The notes below the pieces were generated by a model that saw only the letters and a list, made by a program, of their open reading frames with translations, was not told where the DNA came from and ran no database searches. From the NCBI GenBank assembly GCA_965231145.1, contig OZ246420.1, forward strand, positions 120,001 to 152,000: a stretch of DNA of 32,000 nucleotides, in the 5' to 3' direction. This DNA comes from Candidatus Saccharimonadota bacterium. GTDB lineage: Bacteria > Patescibacteriota > Gracilibacteria > Absconditabacterales > Absconditicoccaceae. The first letter of the stretch is position 1; the number at the start of each line of letters is the position of its first letter. The translations under genes were made by a program, and so were the position numbers. Of the stretch, positions 29,093-32,000 are shown in pieces.

Positions 29093-29758
29093 CTATGTTG
29101 TGATAAGTTGAGATTGTCCTGCGAGGCGGATCCGCTCGTCCAGGTTAAATACGCCCTGTATCCAGGTGGTAACAGTTGCTTTAAAGTAGGAGATAAATTT
29201 TTGCCCAATCGTGTCGAGATAACCTTTGAGCTCCAGTAGTTGTATGCATTGTTCATAATTAGAAGCCGCGGGTAGAGAGCCTTCTAGCATCTGTGATATG
29301 CCCATGTTCAAGTGGTCCTGTAATACTTTGCTTGATACATAGTTTCCAAGTGTGCCGTTGCGTGGGAAACTAATACTGATGATGTGGGGTTGTTGCCAGA
29401 GGAATCTGGTAGTCGGATCTATGTCCCCTAACGCAATCATTAATTGTGGATGATGCAGAGCAAAATCATTTAATTTTTCTTGAGATATGAAATGTCTGCT
29501 TCTGCGTCCCGGTAAGGTTTTGTGGGTGTGTAGTGTTCCGATGTTCGCGCAAATATCTTCGCGTTTCCTTCTTTGTTGCATCGCTGCTTCCATAACAGCC
29601 ATCCTGATATACGCATCGAGATGTTGTCCACAAACGTTGATGATTTTAATGCGTCTGTTCTCCAGGATGTGCATTAGCCATTTCGTCAGACGAGTGACTT
29701 GTTCAATGTTGAGCGGTTCGTTGAGTCGGCCGCTTAATACGAGTGCTATTTGTGCCAT
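29093..29758 (-). CDS. Rossmann-like protein with YpsA/LOG/DprA (SLOG)-like motif order, paralogue 3 of 3
   Basis: The start was set at ATG 29758 (MAQIALVLSGR), downstream of its own promoter. Motifs: IKIINVCGQHLDAYIRMAVMEAAM...QLMIALGDIDPTTRFLW...HIISISFP. TAG stop. Confidence 0.4.
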   Translation of the reverse strand: MAQIALVLSGRLNEPLNIEQVTRLTKWLMHILENRRIKIINVCGQHLDAYIRMAVMEAAMQQRRKREDICANIGTLHTHKTLPGRRSRHFISQEKLNDFALHHPQLMIALGDIDPTTRFLWQQPHIISISFPRNGTLGNYVSSKVLQDHLNMGISQMLEGSLPAASNYEQCIQLLELKGYLDTIGQKFISYFKATVTTWIQGVFNLDERIRLAGQSQLITT

Positions 29759-29787
29759 AAGCGCGAATTTTGTTTGGGTGAAATGTA

Positions 29788-29815
29788 ATTGTATCCATTG
29801 AAAGGTATATTTCAA
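29788..29815 (-). promoter_or_regulatory. promoter TTGAAA-16 nt-TACAAT (minus strand)
   Basis: The -35 box is at 29810-29815 and the -10 box at 29788-29793. Confidence 0.45.
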
Positions 29816-29830
29816 TATTCTTTCACTATA

Positions 29831-29854
29831 AAAAAAGCCCCCGAATCCGGGGGC
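29831..29854 (-). terminator. rho-independent terminator
   Basis: A6 followed by the arms gcccccg and cgggggc. It starts 3 nt after the TGA stop of the 29858..30292 gene. Confidence 0.75.
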
Positions 29855-29857
29855 AAA

Positions 29858-30292
29858 TCATTCGTTAGTGTCTTCTGGTTTTTTCTCTTTTCTCTTGTCA
29901 GGGTCAAATATCTTGTCGAGTTTATCCACGCTTAGTTGGCGATGGAGAAATTTACTTACTCTCTCGGCTGGAACTCTCATGTTGAGGTGGATTCCTGTTA
30001 TGATCCCAAAGCCAATACAGTAGATCAGAAAAGGAATCATTTCGGGCTCACCCCAGGCTATGAGTCCTATGAAGCCATTTATGCAGATGATGCCAAATGC
30101 CCATAGTAACCATAAGTCAGCTTTCTCTTTCTTATCACGCACAGCATCTGTTATAAAGTATGCTATGAGGATATTAAACAAGAAGCCAAATTTACATATG
30201 GTTGGATCAAATAGTTCATATGGAACTTCATAATAGATGATAAGATTAAATACCACCAGGAGAACTATGGATATAAGGTCTTTGAGTCCCAT
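29858..30292 (-). CDS. small integral membrane protein (4 TM) with a Lys/Asp-rich C-terminal tail
   Basis: 144 aa with four hydrophobic segments. It ends in TGA 29858-29860. It overlaps the upstream gene by 28 nt. Confidence 0.6.
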   Translation of the reverse strand: MGLKDLISIVLLVVFNLIIYYEVPYELFDPTICKFGFLFNILIAYFITDAVRDKKEKADLWLLWAFGIICINGFIGLIAWGEPEMIPFLIYCIGFGIITGIHLNMRVPAERVSKFLHRQLSVDKLDKIFDPDKRKEKKPEDTNE

Positions 30293-30681
30293 GCTGTTTT
30301 GTTTAGGTAGTGAGCAAATCTTTGTTTTATTTCCCTTGTTGTTTTGATGTGCTGGCGTATCTCAGTTATAAGATAGCCGATGAATACTTCTGTTGCATAG
30401 GCGCAGAGAGTGACGTCGAGCTTATGTGCTACCAGGCCGGCCGTTATGAACATGCCTAAGCAGAACAGAAGAAAGAATACGGCCATGAGTATGAAGCCGG
30501 TTTCTTTTTCTTTCCGTGAGAGATATGCAGCAGAACCGACGATAACTATGCCGTTTTGTATGATGCCCCACCAGAGCTGTAGTGGATCGGTTGGGTCAAG
30601 CATAATGTGTTCGTCGCTTATTGCCAATGCAGGCAAGCAACACAGGAGCAGTATGCTCAAAAGTAGTGTAGTCTTTTTCAT
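30265..30681 (-). CDS. small membrane protein (signal peptide + 3 TM)
   Basis: The start was set at ATG 30681 (MKKTTLLLSILLLCCLPALA). TAG stop. Confidence 0.6.
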   Translation of the reverse strand: MKKTTLLLSILLLCCLPALAISDEHIMLDPTDPLQLWWGIIQNGIVIVGSAAYLSRKEKETGFILMAVFFLLFCLGMFITAGLVAHKLDVTLCAYATEVFIGYLITEIRQHIKTTREIKQRFAHYLNKTAWDSKTLYP

Positions 30682-30710
30682 GATATTTTTCTTTTGGTTT
30701 GATGCTGCAA

Positions 30711-30738
30711 ATGATACGCGCATGCTATGCAATGTCAA
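30711..30738 (-). promoter_or_regulatory. promoter TTGACA-16 nt-TATCAT (minus strand)
   Basis: The -35 box is at 30733-30738 and the -10 box at 30711-30716. Confidence 0.5.
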
Positions 30739-30764
30739 TAGTTCTCTTACATACATTCACTTAT

Positions 30765-30795
30765 AAAAAAAGTCTGCCTGAGATTCAGGTAGACT
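30765..30795 (-). terminator. rho-independent terminator
   Basis: A7 followed by an 11-bp stem agtctgcctga / tcaggtagact (one G-U pair) with loop gat. Confidence 0.75.
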
Positions 30796-30831
30796 TCGTG
30801 TTTCGTATGAGGCTCTGAGTTTATTTTTCTT

Positions 30832-31203
30832 CTATGCTGTTGGGCCTGCGGCTCTTTTGTAGAGCCAGCACAGAAAGACCCCCACAGCTATTTCTAATAG
30901 GTAAACAATAGAACCAATAAGAAGGCTATGGATGCCTGCCATGTTTAGGCCTATTAGCGCTGCAATTATTAAGCCTAAGATAAGGCTTGACGTGTTAGAC
31001 GGCATGAGATCCCAGAGAAAGGAACATCCTATGAGTAGCACGCCGATAGTGATAACAGCTATCATATGAGCTTGGTGGTCCAAACCTGCATGAAATATAA
31101 CCTTGCCGAGATAGTGGACTGACAAGCCAAATGCTAGTACTGTTAGGCAAATGTATAAAAGCTCTGTAAGTTTTGTGCTGTTCTTTTTGGTAGATGTGTT
31201 CAT
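30832..31203 (-). CDS. small integral membrane protein (4 TM)
   Basis: 123 aa with four hydrophobic segments. TAG stop. Confidence 0.6.
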   Translation of the reverse strand: MNTSTKKNSTKLTELLYICLTVLAFGLSVHYLGKVIFHAGLDHQAHMIAVITIGVLLIGCSFLWDLMPSNTSSLILGLIIAALIGLNMAGIHSLLIGSIVYLLEIAVGVFLCWLYKRAAGPTA

Positions 31204-31227
31204 TTTTCTTTGTTTTTGTGTATTATG

Positions 31228-31255
31228 ATTATATTCGGAGATTTGTGTAAGTCAA
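31228..31255 (-). promoter_or_regulatory. promoter TTGACT-16 nt-TATAAT (minus strand)
   Basis: The -35 box is at 31250-31255 and the -10 box at 31228-31233. Confidence 0.55.
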
Positions 31256-31385
31256 TAGCTGCTGTCTTTCTCGTTCTTGCAATCTTATGGCTAAAATTTA
31301 CTATCTTATCTATCGATTCTTCAATAGAAAATGGAAAATAAAAAATATTTTCTATCTTCTATTTTTTATTAGATATTGAGTAGCG

Positions 31386-32000
31386 ATGTTAAGTTCAGAT
31401 CAAATTAGACAGAAATATATTGAGTATTTTCAGAAGCAGAGGCATGCGCATATTGAAGCATCGAGACTTTTGCCACAGGGTGATAGTTCGCTTTTGTTCG
31501 TAAACTCGGGAATGTTCCCATTGGTTCCGTACCTATTAGGCGCTGATCATCCACAGGGGACAAGACTCGTGAACTATCAGAGATGCTTCAGAACAGACGA
31601 TATCGATGAGGTCGGAGATCAGAGACATACGACATGTTTCGAGATGCTTGGTAACTGGTCTCTTGGTGACTACTTCAAGAAAGAGCAGATTCACTTCTGG
31701 TACTCATTTCTTTTTGACGAATTGAAGCTTGATCCATCAAAAATTTACCAATCAGTTTTTGGAGGAAACGACGAAGTTCCAGCAGATGAAGACTCTATCG
31801 AATTTCTGAAAGCAGAGTTTGCGGCTCGTGGTATAACAGCGGAAGTAGGACCAAAGACAACAGGAAAAGGTGAGGATGGACCTGGTGTTGCATGTGATTT
31901 CTCTACCCAAAGAATCTTCCAATACACTGACAAAAATTGGTGGCAGAGGGGCAAGGTAGTTGGTGAGGTTGGAGGTCCTGATACGGAAACTTTTTACGAC
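31386..32000 (+). CDS. alaS: alanine--tRNA ligase, N-terminal part (continues past the window end)
   Basis: MLSSDQIRQKYIEYFQKQRHAHIEASRLLP..DSSLLFVNSGMFPLVPYLLG...QRCFRTDDIDEVGD.RHTTCFEMLGNWSLGDYFKKE is the AlaRS class II core. The frame is open to the window end and is missing from the ORF track. Confidence 0.9.
   Translation, partial: MLSSDQIRQKYIEYFQKQRHAHIEASRLLPQGDSSLLFVNSGMFPLVPYLLGADHPQGTRLVNYQRCFRTDDIDEVGDQRHTTCFEMLGNWSLGDYFKKEQIHFWYSFLFDELKLDPSKIYQSVFGGNDEVPADEDSIEFLKAEFAARGITAEVGPKTTGKGEDGPGVACDFSTQRIFQYTDKNWWQRGKVVGEVGGPDTETFYD

Larger units (their letters stand above)
28621..31255. other. TGA-free block D (minimum extent)
   Basis: Five minus-strand genes (105 + 221 + 144 + 138 + 123 codons, no internal TGA) in four promoter/terminator modules, lying between the greA-like gene and alaS. 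Confidence 0.7.

Noticed and set aside
29759-29815. The TTG-initiated extension MKYTFQWIQLHFTQTKFAL of track ORF 29093..29815
   Set aside because: It overlaps the predicted promoter. The ATG at 29758 gives an N-terminus (MAQIALVLSG) that aligns with the two paralogues. The extension matters only in the read-through scenario reported as a finding.
29487-30766. Plus-strand ORFs 29487..29801 (104 aa) and 30410..30766 (118 aa)
   Set aside because: They are antisense to block D genes, which have coherent TM or Rossmann-like features and their own promoters and terminators. The plus-strand products are Cys/Ser/Arg-rich with no motifs.
5271-30795. Short GC-rich hairpins considered as integron attC sites, REP elements or CRISPR repeats
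   Set aside because: The stems are 6-11 bp and are followed by T-runs immediately after stop codons. Their sequences are unrelated, apart from the 6178/6329 pair, and there are no GTTRRRY cores and no regular repeat-spacer periodicity. They behave as intrinsic terminators.
1057-31255. The TGA-free blocks as prophage, transposon or ICE insertions
   Set aside because: I recognised no integrase, transposase, recombinase, phage structural or replication genes, and no flanking tRNA or clear direct or inverted terminal repeats. The mobility mechanism remains unknown rather than classifiable.
31745-31954. A 69-aa minus-strand ORF
   Set aside because: It is antisense to the clearly identified alaS coding region.

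Overview
The window comes from a small-genome bacterium that reads TGA as glycine (translation table 25, the Gracilibacteria / Absconditabacteria-SR1 code). The supplied standard-code ORF track therefore breaks most real genes into pieces. Re-reading by hand with TGA=Gly restores a full-length housekeeping backbone: trhO, hflX, an L,D-transpeptidase lipoprotein, an ECF sigma/anti-sigma pair, sufS, folD, rnhB and an RNHCP protein. It also restores an 826-aa membrane-anchored VirD4/TraD-like ATPase, a partial alaS, and a very AT-rich operon (GHMP-kinase::OmpR-type wHTH fusion, Tmk-like kinase, 395-aa unknown, CYTH, GreA-like). By my hand count the backbone carries about 110 in-frame TGA in about 6,000 codons, many on invariant Gly positions. 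The main observation is that four blocks interrupt this backbone, with minimum extents 1057-6358, 15403-18014, 21021-22376 and 28621-31255 (about 12 kb in total). Their 12 genes (3,379 codons) contain no in-frame TGA. Three of these genes end in TGA directly in front of a terminator hairpin. Nearly every gene in the blocks is its own module, with a canonical TTGAC(A/T)-16 nt-TAnnAT promoter and a clean stem-loop/T-run terminator, a pattern I did not find in front of the backbone genes I checked. The blocks encode a 1339-aa S8 protease with Ig-like tandem repeats and a T9SS-type C-terminal domain, and a protein-glutaminase homologue with two of three catalytic residues replaced. They also encode three divergent paralogues of a YpsA/LOG/DprA (SLOG)-like Rossmannoid protein split over two blocks, five small multi-TM or secreted proteins, and candidate small RNAs. 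No integrase, transposase, tRNA, rRNA or CRISPR array was recognised. An assembly or in-silico chimera cannot be excluded from sequence alone. All homology statements are motif-level recognition from memory, not database searches.
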